Source of the DNA: Lytechinus pictus
Lineage: Eukaryota
Assembly (NCBI RefSeq): GCF_037042905.1
Contig: NC_087252.1
Span: 23,376,001-23,436,000 of the forward strand
Length of the DNA: 60,000 nucleotides
Direction: 5' to 3'
The notes beneath the pieces were generated by a model. It made no database searches, was not told the origin of the DNA, and saw nothing but the letters and a program-made list of their open reading frames with translations. Every line of letters begins with the position of its first letter. The stretch's first letter is position 1. Positions 1 to 11,643 of the stretch are shown one piece after another. Position numbers and translations under genes: made by a program.

Positions 1-143
1 AGTCTCATTTATCAATTTTTACAGCTTTTAAAATTCATGACTTTAAGTTTTGTCAACTATTATTCAAACTTTAACCTATCAACTTGTCTGATTTTTCCTA
101 TCTCTCTAGAAATAACTTTTAATTTTGGTTAGATTCCTCTTTC
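1..143 (-). mobile_element. Degenerate terminal fragment of the TTAA/AGGGGAATCCA element family (intact copy at 57605-58202)
   Basis: Reverse complement (aaagaggaatctaaccaaaa...aaaaatcagacaagttgataggttaaagtttgaa) aligns by eye with the left end of the 57605 element. Confidence 0.6.
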
Positions 144-401
144 ACTGTTTGTATACGGTTATGTTTTTGTAGGATGTGTGAAGATTTGAGAAAAATCAAA
201 CTTCCTCGTTTCGAGTTGAATCATAAAATATGTTAACATATTGTGAATAAATGATCTTTGTAATATTATCATCCTTCATTCCTGTCATCCGGTTTGAGAC
301 CTGGACACTGAAGAACCATAACATTTCCTTGTTTCGGATTCCGATCCACAAAATCTTTGCATGAATTATCGCGGGTAAATGCTAAAACATGTGGTGCTTA
401 A

Positions 402-1178
402 AGAACAAGTCCACCCCAACAAAAAGTTGATTTGAATAAAAAGAGAAAAATCCAACAAGCACATCACTGAAACTTTCATCAAAATCGGATGTAAAAAAGT
501 TATGAAATTCTAAAGTTTCGCTTAATTTCACAAAATAGTAATATGCACATCCCGGTCAGTATGCAAATGAGGGAACTGATGACATCACTCAGTCACTATT
601 TCTTTTGAATTTTATTATACAAAATATGAAATATTCTAATTTTCTCCTCATTGTCCTGTGAAAAAAAGTTTTATTTCACCCTGAACATGTAGAATTACCA
701 TTGTTTAACGTTTTATGGTAAAGTCATGTTGGTCCTTATTGCCAAGTCTGTAAAAATTGAATAATTGTATAATTCAAACAATAAAAAACAAAAGAAATAG
801 TGATTTTTTTTTTTTTAGTTTTTTTTTTAAGAACAAGTGCACACCTAGTTACAAATAATGCGTAAAGCATTTTCTTTTATTTGAATGCAGGATAAAAGAG
901 CATAGGTGTCGTAGCCGGGGATCGAACCCCGGACTTTCCATGTATAGCCGCCTTAGACCACTCGGCCACGGCACCTCCATGAGTGAGTGACATCATCGAT
1001 TCTTCCATTTGCATGTGACTAAGTTTTGCATGGAACTATTTTGTGAAAAATAAGCAAAACTTTAAGATGTCATAACATTCTCATTTTACATCCGATTTTG
1101 ATGAAATTTTCAGCATTATGCTTGTATGATTTTTCTTTATTGATTCAAATCAACATTTTTCTGGGGTGGACTTGACCT
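402..1178. mobile_element. Non-autonomous TIR DNA transposon with TTAA target sites (Kolobok-like), containing a nested SINE
   Basis: ttaa|AGAACAAGTCCACCCCA...TGGGGTGGACTTGACCT|ttaa; same family at 6011, 9871 and ~45240. Confidence 0.85.
805..980 (-). mobile_element. tRNA-derived SINE inserted in the Kolobok-like element
   Basis: Minus strand reads ggtgccgTGGCCGAGTGGtctaagg...GGTTCGATCCccgg (Pol III A and B boxes) and ends in an A-rich tail; absent from the 6011 and 9871 copies of the host. Confidence 0.8.
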
Positions 1179-1274
1179 TTAATTTCATTTTATTTGATCT
1201 TCCTGTAAGAACTTCTGCATTTTGACACCATGATCACCAACCTGCGCCTTTTCATTTCAGAGATACCATTATAC

Positions 1275-3508
1275 CATGGGCGGAAATCCCAGGGGGGACA
1301 GGGGGGACGTGTCCCCCCTACCAAAAATAGTAGGGGGGACACAATATCAAATGTCCCCCCTACTATTTTTGGTCTTTTATGATGGAGAAAAATGCATCAT
1401 TCACATTCGAAATAATACATGTATTTTGGACTAAATGACCTTACATTTTGGGTGAAAACCTTTGTTTATTTTGCTTGTCAAATTTTCAAGAGTGAATAAA
1501 ATAAGATGAGGGGAAAACTTAGAAAGAATATTTCATGTCACTATATAAAATTTTCGCTCGCGCTTCGCGCTCGCATTGCCTGTTAAGTGATTTTTCAATA
1601 TGGAGCTTAGATATCATGTTTGGAAGTCAATATACATTATACATTTCACCTCGGAAATCGAACTTTCATTATTTTGTGTGATTTACAAACGGATTTAAAA
1701 AAAAGTGATTTATAAAAGTTACAGCTTTATGGTCTGAATATTGGCATTTTCTACTCGCACTGAGCGCTCGCAAAATTCGATTTATTCAGTATCTATTATT
1801 TTTGTGTATTCCATTTAGATTGAAAATATCCCTTTTCAAGTCTGATTGTCAAAACGTAGCAGATAGTGCTACTTGTATTTTGATTGGCGATTTATGTATG
1901 TCTCAATATTGATTTTCATGACAGTTTATCAAAGATTTTGGCTCGCAATTTGCGCTCGCATTGATGGTTAAAAATATTTTAACTGATGCATTCTATTCCT
2001 AATTACAAAAGTGCTTGAAATGTCCAGTTTTCAGGCCATAATATCATCAGATTTCTCGCCCGCAAAATGCGTTAATAAATAAGATATAAATTTAATGATT
2101 AAATTGTCCCTTTTGTTTCATCTCGCGCTTAGTAAGAGGAATAGGAAGATAGTCATCATTTCCATATGACTTGTCCTATAAGGATGTCCCGGTCCTATGG
2201 CAAACCTCAAATAATAATGAAATATTAAGTGTGATCCATATCCACCTCACAATTTTCCTACAAAGTGCATGAAATATATAGCTGAAATTGACTCTTTTTT
2301 TTTTCAGATCAGAATATCAAAAAGTTTAAGCTCGCGCTTCGCGCTCGCTGATAGATGTGTAAAATGCCGAGATTCTAGGTCTAAATCTGAAAAACGCTTA
2401 TGTTTATTCAGATATTCAATTCGTTCTCTATTTAAATCATTATCCAGTTTCAGATTACAATATCAAAAATTTTGTGCTCGCATTATTAATGTAGAAATAT
2501 CCCCTATTACTCATCCTTTTCATGATTTACAAAACATGAGTGTCCCGTTTTTAGGTCTAAATCTCGAATTTTTCTGCTCACGCTTCGCTTACATCAATTG
2601 TTTAGTTATATAGCTACCCTGTTCACCATTACAAAAATTGATTAAAATTTTCGATTCTTTTTGAAAAAATGTCAAAAATTTTCAGCTCGCGATTCGCGCT
2701 GGCATTTATTGTTGAAATATGTAACGTCTTCATGGCTAAGTGCAAGCAATCCTTAACAAGTACCTTTTTGATCAATTCAAATTAAACGTATATGAACATT
2801 TTCTGGCTGCATTTTGCACTCGCTTTATTTATGTAAGGACCGGGTGTAAGAAAGACCCCCAATTACTCATCCTTTTCATGATTTACAAAACATGAATAGA
2901 GTGTCTCGTTCTTAGGTCTAAATCTCAAAACTTTCCGCTCGCGCTTCGCGTTCGCATCAATTGTTTAGTTATATACCTATTATATGTTTAAGTTACAAAA
3001 AGTGCTTAGAATTTCCAGTCTTTAGGTAAAAATTTCAAAAATTTTCAGCTCGCGCTTTGCGCTCGCATTATTTGATTGTTGAAATACGTAGCGTCTTCAT
3101 GGCTAATTGCAAGCAGTCTTTAACAGGTACCTTTTCCATCAGTTAACCTCTGCTCGCACTTCGCGGTCGTGGTAAATATTTAGTTGTATATACATCTTTT
3201 TCAGGATAACAAACATTGCCCAAAATGTTCAAATTTTAGGAAAAAAATACATAAATTTTCCCAAAAAAATTTGCTCGCGCTTCGCGCTCGCATTATATAA
3301 ATAAGGACAATGATATCAGATATTTATGTTGATTTATAAGAATAAAGATAAAAAGTGACCATGAGGACTACTCCTTCAATGAAACAGACAAAAATTACCT
3401 TCGAGCGGCCGATCGGGGATTAATATGGCTGAAAATGTTTTTGTCCCCCCCCCCAGGCTGGATCAGCCCGTTGTCCCCCTTACCTTTCGGGACAGATTTC
3501 CGCCCATA
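1275..3508. mobile_element. ~2.2 kb non-autonomous TIR element with many internal GCTCGCGCTTCGCGCTCGC motifs
   Basis: TIR CATGGGCGGAAATC...GATTTCCGCCCAT; subterminal GGGGGAC/GTCCCCC; interrupts a repeat unit whose uninterrupted form is at ~3595-3715. Confidence 0.75.
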
Positions 3509-3960
3509 TAAGATGTAAAAAAGGTCATTGACCTTTGAAAGGCTTTGACCTTGAATGTTATGGGTGAATGAGCATTTTAGGTACTTAATTTTATCTTATT
3601 TTATCTTCTTGTAACAATCTGTGCACTTTGACACCATGGTCACCAACATGTAGTATTTTATTTGGGAGATACCATTATACAGTATATTTAAATTGGTCAT
3701 TGACCTTTGACCTTGAAAAAAAAAACACTTTCCCCACCCCGGCTTTCTCCTTACTTTTTTTTTTTTTTTTTTTTTTGGGGGGGGGGTAAATGTCGACACC
3801 CATACCTACTCAAATCAGTTGAAAAACCATTTCCAATCATTTTATTCCAGATGGTTACTGATTGCGGGATACTATGGATGTATGCCAGTTGTCCTCCGAC
3901 CCCCCCCCAAAAAAAAAAAAAAAAATTAATAAATCCCAGTGGGTAATAAATTACACCTTA

Positions 3961-4199
3961 CACTGTAAAAACGGTGGTGTTAAAACTGACACCAGTTGGT
4001 GTTAATAGAGGACCACAACCTGAGGTGTTAGAATGACACCCTAGAGATGGAACATTACGCCAAAGAGTGTATAAGTAACATCCAAAGGTGTTGTAATAAC
4101 ACCTATAGGTGTTAAACTAACACTGTCAATTTAACACCGGAGTAGAATAACTGGTGTGGCCCTTTATGTACACCGGTTAACACCACAGTTTTTGCTGTG
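3961..4199. mobile_element. CAC...GTG MITE (CMC/EnSpm-like), TA target duplication
   Basis: ta|CACTGTAAAAAC...GTTTTTGCTGTG|ta; internal AACACC/GGTGTT subrepeats. Confidence 0.7.
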
Positions 4200-4407
4200 T
4201 AGTGATATCTTATGACGCAAAAGAGTGTAAAACTAACAACCATGCACCCATGGATGTTGAACTAGCACTGCAAATTTAACACCGGAATCAAACGTGTAAT
4301 CCGGTTAACACAACAATTCTTGCCTGTGTGCTTTGTAATGTTTTCAAAACGGTACTAATAAACATTTCTTGCAACAGACTAGGATTTATTAAATTAAAAA
4401 TTCTTAC

Positions 4408-4468
4408 CAGTTCCATATGACAGGCCTGCAACTGCCAGAAGAAGGACTGTGACGATGATACACTTCAT
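4408..4468 (-). CDS. First coding exon (signal peptide MKCIIVTVLLLAVAGLSYGT) of a secreted or membrane protein gene; downstream exons not identified, probably left of the window
   Basis: ATG at 4468, 20 codons with charged N-terminus, hydrophobic core and small-residue end, then phase-1 G|GTAAGA donor; TATATAAA on the minus strand at 4563-4570. Confidence 0.75.
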
Positions 4469-5107
4469 GCTTCTAAGAATTCGTGAGAAAGATCAGATTT
4501 AATAAGGGATTATGTCTCCATTTAGCACAACTGTATTATTTTGGTTGTAACGAATAACAGCATTTATATATTTTTTTAAATATTTTGAGAGATCATATCG
4601 TGTTTCTGTAATATATAGGACGCCGGGGGTGCGTCAAATGTATTGCTGTACACATGCGTGACCAAATAATTTCCAAACACCCCATTAACGAGTTTTTCTC
4701 TGTGTGCAAACTAACCCTAAATTTTTTTCGCGGGCTTTGTTTACACATTTTGGCCCCAACTTTTCTTTTAAATTTTGAGTGAACCATGTCGTTACATGAA
4801 GCGACATCTTCACATTTTCTGACAGCCAAGTTGATTGATGTGAAACATGAAATGTTTCCACAGCACCTCTCAGATCTAGAGTCGCACACAGTCCTGGGTC
4901 AGCATTTTTAGCCACTAGCCCACACAGTATAGGGACCAATATGCATACATGCATTTCCAGCACATTTTATGGAGTATTTAAGCCTTATTTTTCACTATTT
5001 AGGAAATTTTGAGGTAAGTAAATAGCAATGTCTGTAGTGATAATGCTGCTAAAAAGCCTTGGAAAATTACAACAAAGGATATTTTTTGTTGGGGGGGGGG
5101 GGCGAGT

Positions 5108-5221
5108 CAGTGGCGGACCGTGACCCGGAGGAGACAAAGCATTGGAGGGGCACTGTATTGTTTGAGAACAATGCGTTGCCCCTCCAATGCTTTGTCTCCT
5201 CCGGGTCACGGTCCACCACTG
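5108..5221. mobile_element. 114-bp hairpin MITE, hAT-like
   Basis: Near-perfect palindrome CAGTGGCGGACCGTGACCCGGAGGAGACAAAGC.../...GGTCACGGTCCACCACTG flanked by 8-bp direct repeat GGGCGAGT. Confidence 0.9.
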
Positions 5222-6010
5222 GGGCGAGTAGAGGTCTTGATAAATTATATAAATCGTGCTAATATAACAAGTTGAATCAAGGAAAGTTACAAAGAGGAGG
5301 AAGGAAAAGCACAAAACGAAATGGCGATATGATGAAGTAGAAGAAAGGCGGCAAAGAAAAAAAATAAAAAAAGGAAGAGGAATAATTGAAAGGGGTCCAG
5401 TTTATACAGTTACAGTCGATTTCAATCAAACTAAAATTGGAAACAATCTCAATTGTGTATTCTAATAGATAAGATAAAATATTAATTTGAGTTTGGATTT
5501 ATCGCAAACATTTGTAAGGTGGGCCCCAAATTACTTCACTGTGGGAAAAAAACAACAACACAAAACATCAAAAGTATATCTTTTTCAATATATTTTCCGG
5601 TCGTCTGGCTATGATAGACGTAATTTTGACGCTTCAGCTACATGAGTTTCTATTTAATCATGACCATCCTCTCGAACCAACTCACCCCAAACCCTCAACA
5701 AAATTTAAATTCCTCTGCGTGCAGCATAATACTCAAAACTATCAACAAAAGCAGACTCCTCAGACCAGTGACAAGAAATGTTACAAACTCGATCTAAATA
5801 CATACAAGTAAAAAGTCGTACCTGAATAATCAAGAACTCTCTTTGAAACCGTGGCACTAAAAAGTAAAACGGGAGAGACGATCGATGGATGCATGTAACC
5901 ACCTCAATTAAGTCAACTGGTACGATCACACAGACGCACTTGTAATATATGTAAGCCTACCCTGCACCAAAAGGTCGCGTCATAAAATGGCGGTTAACGA
6001 GGCTGTTTAA

Positions 6011-6595
6011 AGGACAAGTCCACCCCAACAAAAAGTTGATTTGATTAAAAAGAGAAAACTCCAACAAGTATAACACTGAAAATTTCATCAAAATCGGATG
6101 TAAAATAAGAAAGTTATGACATTTTGAATTTTCGCTTAATTTCGCAAAACAGTTATATGCACATCCTGGCTGGTATGCAAATGAGAAGACTATGACGTCA
6201 TCCACTCACTATTTCTTTTGTATTTTATTATATGAAATATGAAATATTCTAATTTTCTCCTCATTGTCAAGTGATACAACGATTAATTCCTCCCTGAACA
6301 TGTGGTATTAGCATTGTTTAATACTATATGGTTCAGTCAAGTTGGTCCTTATCTATAAAAAATGAAATATTGTATAATTCAAACAATGAAAAAACAAAAG
6401 AAATAGTGAGTGATGGACATCATCGACTGACTCACCTAGTTGTGCATATCACTGTTTTGTGAAAAATAAGCGAAACTTTAAATTGTCATAACTTTCTTAT
6501 TTTAAATCCAATTTTAATGAAATTTTCAGCACTATGTTAGTTTGATTTTTTTTCTATTCATTCAAGTCAACAATTTTCTGGGGTGGACTTGACCT
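6011..6595. mobile_element. Kolobok-like TTAA-flanked MITE
   Basis: ttaa|AGGACAAGTCCACCCCA...TGGGGTGGACTTGACCT|ttaa. Confidence 0.88.
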
Positions 6596-8155
6596 TTAAG
6601 AAACGAATCTGTGCATTTGCATGCAGGGGCGTAGATAGCCGGGGAGGATCGATGCAGTGTAAAATAATCACCCAGATTTTTAAGGAGAAAAAAGTTCTTT
6701 ATATTAACTTTTAGCCACTATCATTAGTATTATTATTAGCAGTATAATTGTTGTTATTATTGTTATTATAATGCAATGATGATTCAAGATTCACGTGTGA
6801 AAAAAGTCCCTATATAGGCTTGATGCCCTTTCACACTGTAAAATTTTAAATTCAAATGATACCAGTGAAAAATAAGGTTAATGAAGAATAACTAGCAGGT
6901 ATGAAACCAAACTAGAACATGATTAGAATCACGAACGCTAATCACAGCACGATTACAATAGCAAATTCAAGATTCACGTGTGAAAAGGTCCTACATCTAA
7001 AAGACAATGATGATTGCAATTCGTCTTTAGAATCATCGGACCTTTCACACTCTCACTCTCACTTATTTTAATTCGAATTCCCGAGCGAAGGCGGTATGTG
7101 TCCTTTGTGACTTGTCAATCAAAACACTGCATCGATACGATGAGTGCATGACAATTGTATTATCCACGGAAGTGCTTGAAAGCTCCACCCCAAAGATGTT
7201 CTGAGGTCAAGCCTTTCACACGTTAAATTCGTACCGTAATTTGAGTGAAACTTAACCGGAATTCACCTCCGGAGTAGAATTTGAATTCGCGATTGTGATT
7301 AGCGTTCGTGATAGTTGGTTTCACGCGTGCTACAAATTCGTCATTAGCCTAATTTGTCACTGGAATCAATCAAATTACGATTTTTTTTTACCGTGTGAAA
7401 GAGCGGTTAGACTTGAACCGATCACTCTAGCTGTTTTGATTTGCGACCATCCTAACCAGACGCAGACGCGTTCTACAACGCACCAATTCCTTTGAAAATG
7501 CAAGTCAAATCATATAGGACAGCTGATCGTCCGAAGAATTGGACCGGGCAAAAATTGCAAATATGTCGTTTGTCCATAGCCCAGGACGGCAATGCTGTTT
7601 TGATTCACCGATTTTCGACAAAGGCTATTTTGTAATTGATGGGCTTTTGACAAAGAGATTATCTGCGTTATATCTGCATAGTGATCTCGAGAATGACCAA
7701 TTGCACATGAACCGACGACAGATGGTGTCGTTGGTATCTGATAATAGGGTGACATTCATCGGTTGGTGAATGAGTTCCCAAAATGTGACTGTTATTGTCA
7801 TCTGAATAACATTCTCTCAATTCCAGCTGCGGCGGAACCGAGAGACCATATGGATCGATGACCCCACCATTTTTAAAGTGGGTTCCTACCCCCCCCCCCC
7901 CCCCCACCCCGCCCCACTTTTCAAGACAGACGCGATCTATTTTTTACTAAGCAAAGTATAAATATGTCATTTGGTCCAATTTTGCATTCTAAAATCTCAA
8001 AATTTTCCCACGCGGTCGTACCGCTCCCGCGCTTAATCTTACCAAAAAAAATGTCCATGAAAAATTCCTCCGTTTAGCTGTATTGCAAATGTAATGTCTG
8101 GGGCCCATTTTCGAAGAGCTACGATTTATCTGATCAACTTCAACTGTATAGGAAT

Positions 8156-8470
8156 CACTAGCGTACCTACGGGGGGGGGGGGGCAGGGGGGCACTCTGCC
8201 CCCCCCTGACGAGTCACAACCCATGCAAAAACGTATCTTCCCCCCCCCCCCCATGACGGGCTTGAAAAACCTTTTTTGCCCCCCGGCTGACCAGCTTTAA
8301 GACCTTTAATGCCCCCCCCCCTGACGAGCTTGAAGACCTTTTTTTTTTTTTTTTTTTTTTGCTTGTCAATTTTTTCTGGTACGAAATCCTTTATTTGTGA
8401 TCGAAGACTTTTTTTTTTTTTTTTTTGCTTTTTGCCCCCCCCCCTGTGGAAAATCCTAGGTACGCCACTG
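8156..8470. mobile_element. hAT-like MITE
   Basis: TIR CACTAGCGTACCTA/TAGGTACGCCACTG; 8-bp TSD ataggaat/atagaaat; empty site in the duplicate at ~12385. Confidence 0.85.
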
Positions 8471-9477
8471 ATAGAAATCCATTGATCTCGTAATTTTGTC
8501 TACAAACAATTTGCACTACATCCCTATTCAAACAATCAGTGATTATATGAATTTACAGCATATCTAGAAAATATTTCGAGTAATCATGCATTTTAGGTGA
8601 TGAGGTTGCTGGCTTTCCATAGTTAGGTTTGATCATATCAATCGTAACTCTTTGTAAGACGGGGTCCTGGTGCATTAAGGGAGTACGGTTATACTGAGTC
8701 CAATTTCTGAAAAATTCCAGTGCATTTTAAATATGGTTTAACTTTGATCATAAACCAAGCTAAACATCCACTGGTATGGGGTGGGGCTGTCATATCCTGA
8801 CATCTTTGAGGGAGGGGGGGGGGGGTGATTTGTTCAAACATAGATCTACAATCTTCAAGTTAAGTGTACAATTCAATATTGTGGTCAATTGGTTTACATG
8901 GTTGGGGATTACTGACACAAATATTTTTTTCTGTGAGGGATTCTTTTTATTTTATTTTATTTTGTTTATTAATTTATTATTATTATTATTATTATCATCA
9001 TTTTTTTTTTTTTTTTTTTTTTTTTGGGGGGGGGGGGGTGGTCAGTTGCATAATGAACCCAAAATATATACGGGGGCCATTCATATTGAACGATATAAAA
9101 ATTATTTTTGGGGAAAAAAAAGCTGCGAAGGAGAGATTGAAGCGAGCGAGAAAATTTCTAGACCTTTTTGATACAACTATCAAATCTAAATTTGTGATAG
9201 ATTATTGACGTATATTTATATTCATATTGATATCATATTCCTCCATTTAAAAAATACTTTTCTTTCTTTTCTCAGTTTTTTTTTGTTCTTCGTGGTAAAA
9301 CGTTTGGGGTCCATGGCCCCCTAAGCTCCTTTTTTTACGTCAGTTGGATCCAATGGACCCAATTTTCTGAGGACAACAGTCACTCTATTATGCTTGTGCA
9401 TGGGCCCATACATTTGTTTGTCATAGTTGATGATGGATACGCTAGTGGCAATCCTCTAGTCTGCCTTTTTTAGTACT

Positions 9478-9511
<34 letters not shown>

Positions 9512-9870
9512 ATTTGATCATGACCATCCTCTCGAACCAACTCACCCCAAACCCTCAACAAAATTTTAAATTCCTCTGCGTGCAGCATAATACTCAAAAC
9601 TATCAACAAAAGCAGACTCCTCAGACCAGTGACAAGAAATGTTACAAACTCGATCTAAATACATACAAGTAAAAGTCGTACCTGAATAATCAAGAACTCT
9701 CTTTGAAACCGTGGCACTAAAAAGTAAAACGGGAGAGACGATCGATGGATGCATGTAACCACTTCAATTAAGTCAACTGGTACGATGACACAGACGCACT
9801 TATAATATATGTAAGCCTACCCTGCACCAAAAGGTCGCGTCATAAAATGGCGGTTAACGAGGCTGTTTAA

Positions 9871-10456
9871 AGGACAAGTCCACCCCAACAAAAAGTTGAT
9901 TTGATTAAAAAGAGAAAATTCCAACAAGTATAACACTGAAAATTTCATCAAAATCGGATGTAAAATAAGAAAGTTATGACATTTTGAATTTTCGCTTAAT
10001 TTCGCAAAACAGTTACTATGCACATCCTGGCTGGTATGCAAATGAGAAGACTATGACGTCATCCACTCACTATTTCTTTTGTATTTTATTATATGAAATA
10101 TGAAATATTCTAATTTTCTCCTCATTGTCAAGTGATACAACGATTAATTCCTCCCTGAACATGTGGTATTAGCATTGTTTAATACTATATGGTTCAGTCA
10201 AGTTGGTCCTTATCTATAAAAAATGAAATATTGTATAATTCAAACAATAAAAAACAAAAGAAATAGTGAGTGATGGACATCATCGACTGACTCACCTAGT
10301 TGTGCATATCACTGTTTTGTGAAAAATAAGCGAAACTTTAAAATGTCATAACTTTCTTATTTTAAATCCAATTTTAATGAAATTTTCAGCACTATGTTAG
10401 TTTGGTTTTTTTTTCTATTTATTCAAGTCAACAATTTTCTGGGGTGGACTTGACCT
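9871..10456. mobile_element. Kolobok-like TTAA-flanked MITE (duplicate of the 6011 copy)
   Basis: Same TIRs, TTAA sites and flanks as the 6011 copy. Confidence 0.88.
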
Positions 10457-10990
10457 TTAAGAAATGAATCCGTGCGTTTGCATGCAGGGGCGTAGATAGC
10501 CGGGAGGATCGATGCAGTGTAAAATAATCACCCAGATTTTTAAGGAGAAAAAAGTTCTTTAAATTAACTTTTAGCCACTATCATTAGTATTATTATTAGC
10601 AGTATTATTGTTATTATTATTGTTATTATAATGCAATGATGATTCAAGATTCACGTGTGAAAAGGTCCTACATCTAAAAGACAATGATGATTGCAATTCG
10701 TCTTTAGAATCATCGGACCTTTCACACTTTCACTCTCACTGATTTGAATTCGAATTCCCGAGCAAAGCCGGTATGTGTCCTTTGTGACTTGTCAATCAAA
10801 GCACTGCATCGATACGATGAGTGCATGACAATTGTATTATCCACGGAAGTGCTTGAAAGCTCCACCCCCAAAGATGTTCTGAGGTCAAGCCTTTCACACG
10901 TTAAATTCGTACCGTAATTTGAGTGAAACTTAACCGGAATTCACCTCCGGAGTAGAATTGGAATTCGCGATTGTGATTAGCGTTCGTGAT

Positions 10991-11427
10991 AATAGACCAG
11001 TTCGTAGTTACTTCATGGACAATCTTGGTCAAATGACCTTTCATTTCTTTCATTATGATAGGCAGATTTCAAAGCAAGGTATTACGTAACCTTGCCTTAC
11101 ATGGCAGGATGAAGAAATTGAATAGACCAGGTGACTAGAATAGCACACCAATGAACACTTTATGAAGGTATTTGTTGCATTCCTACTTTGAATGCATATC
11201 ATAGCATGTTGCACAATGTACTTGGCAAACTGTGAAATACCAGTCGTTCGTGGACGCATTGTTGTTTTTTGTGGATGTAAATGAAAACCACTATTCAAAA
11301 GAATATATAAAAGAATAATCAAGACATCAATGTTGGTGCTTATCTCATTAGATTTTAAACCACCATGTCACGTTAGTACAAATGACCTTTTGATCATGCG
11401 CAGAAAGGAACTACGAACTGGCTTATT
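10991..11427. mobile_element. TIR MITE, superfamily uncertain
   Basis: AATAGACCAGTTCGTAGTT...AACTACGAACTGGCTTATT; absent from the paralogous site at ~7312. Confidence 0.8.
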
Positions 11428-11536
11428 GTTTGGTTTCACGCGTGCTAAAATTCGTCATTAGCCTTATGTTTCACTTGAATCAATCAAATTACGATTTTTT
11501 TAACCGTGTGAAAGAGCGGTTAGACTTGAACCGATC

Positions 11537-11643
11537 ATCACGTCTTTCGGATGGTGACGTTAATGGTCGGTCCCAGACGTAAATAATCATATCTGATTGA
11601 TACACGTCTGACAAAACTAGAATACACACACACACACACACAC
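11537..11643 (+). mobile_element. Short retroposed fragment ending in (CA)n
   Basis: Insertion relative to the paralogous site at ~7422; (CA)n tail. Confidence 0.55.
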
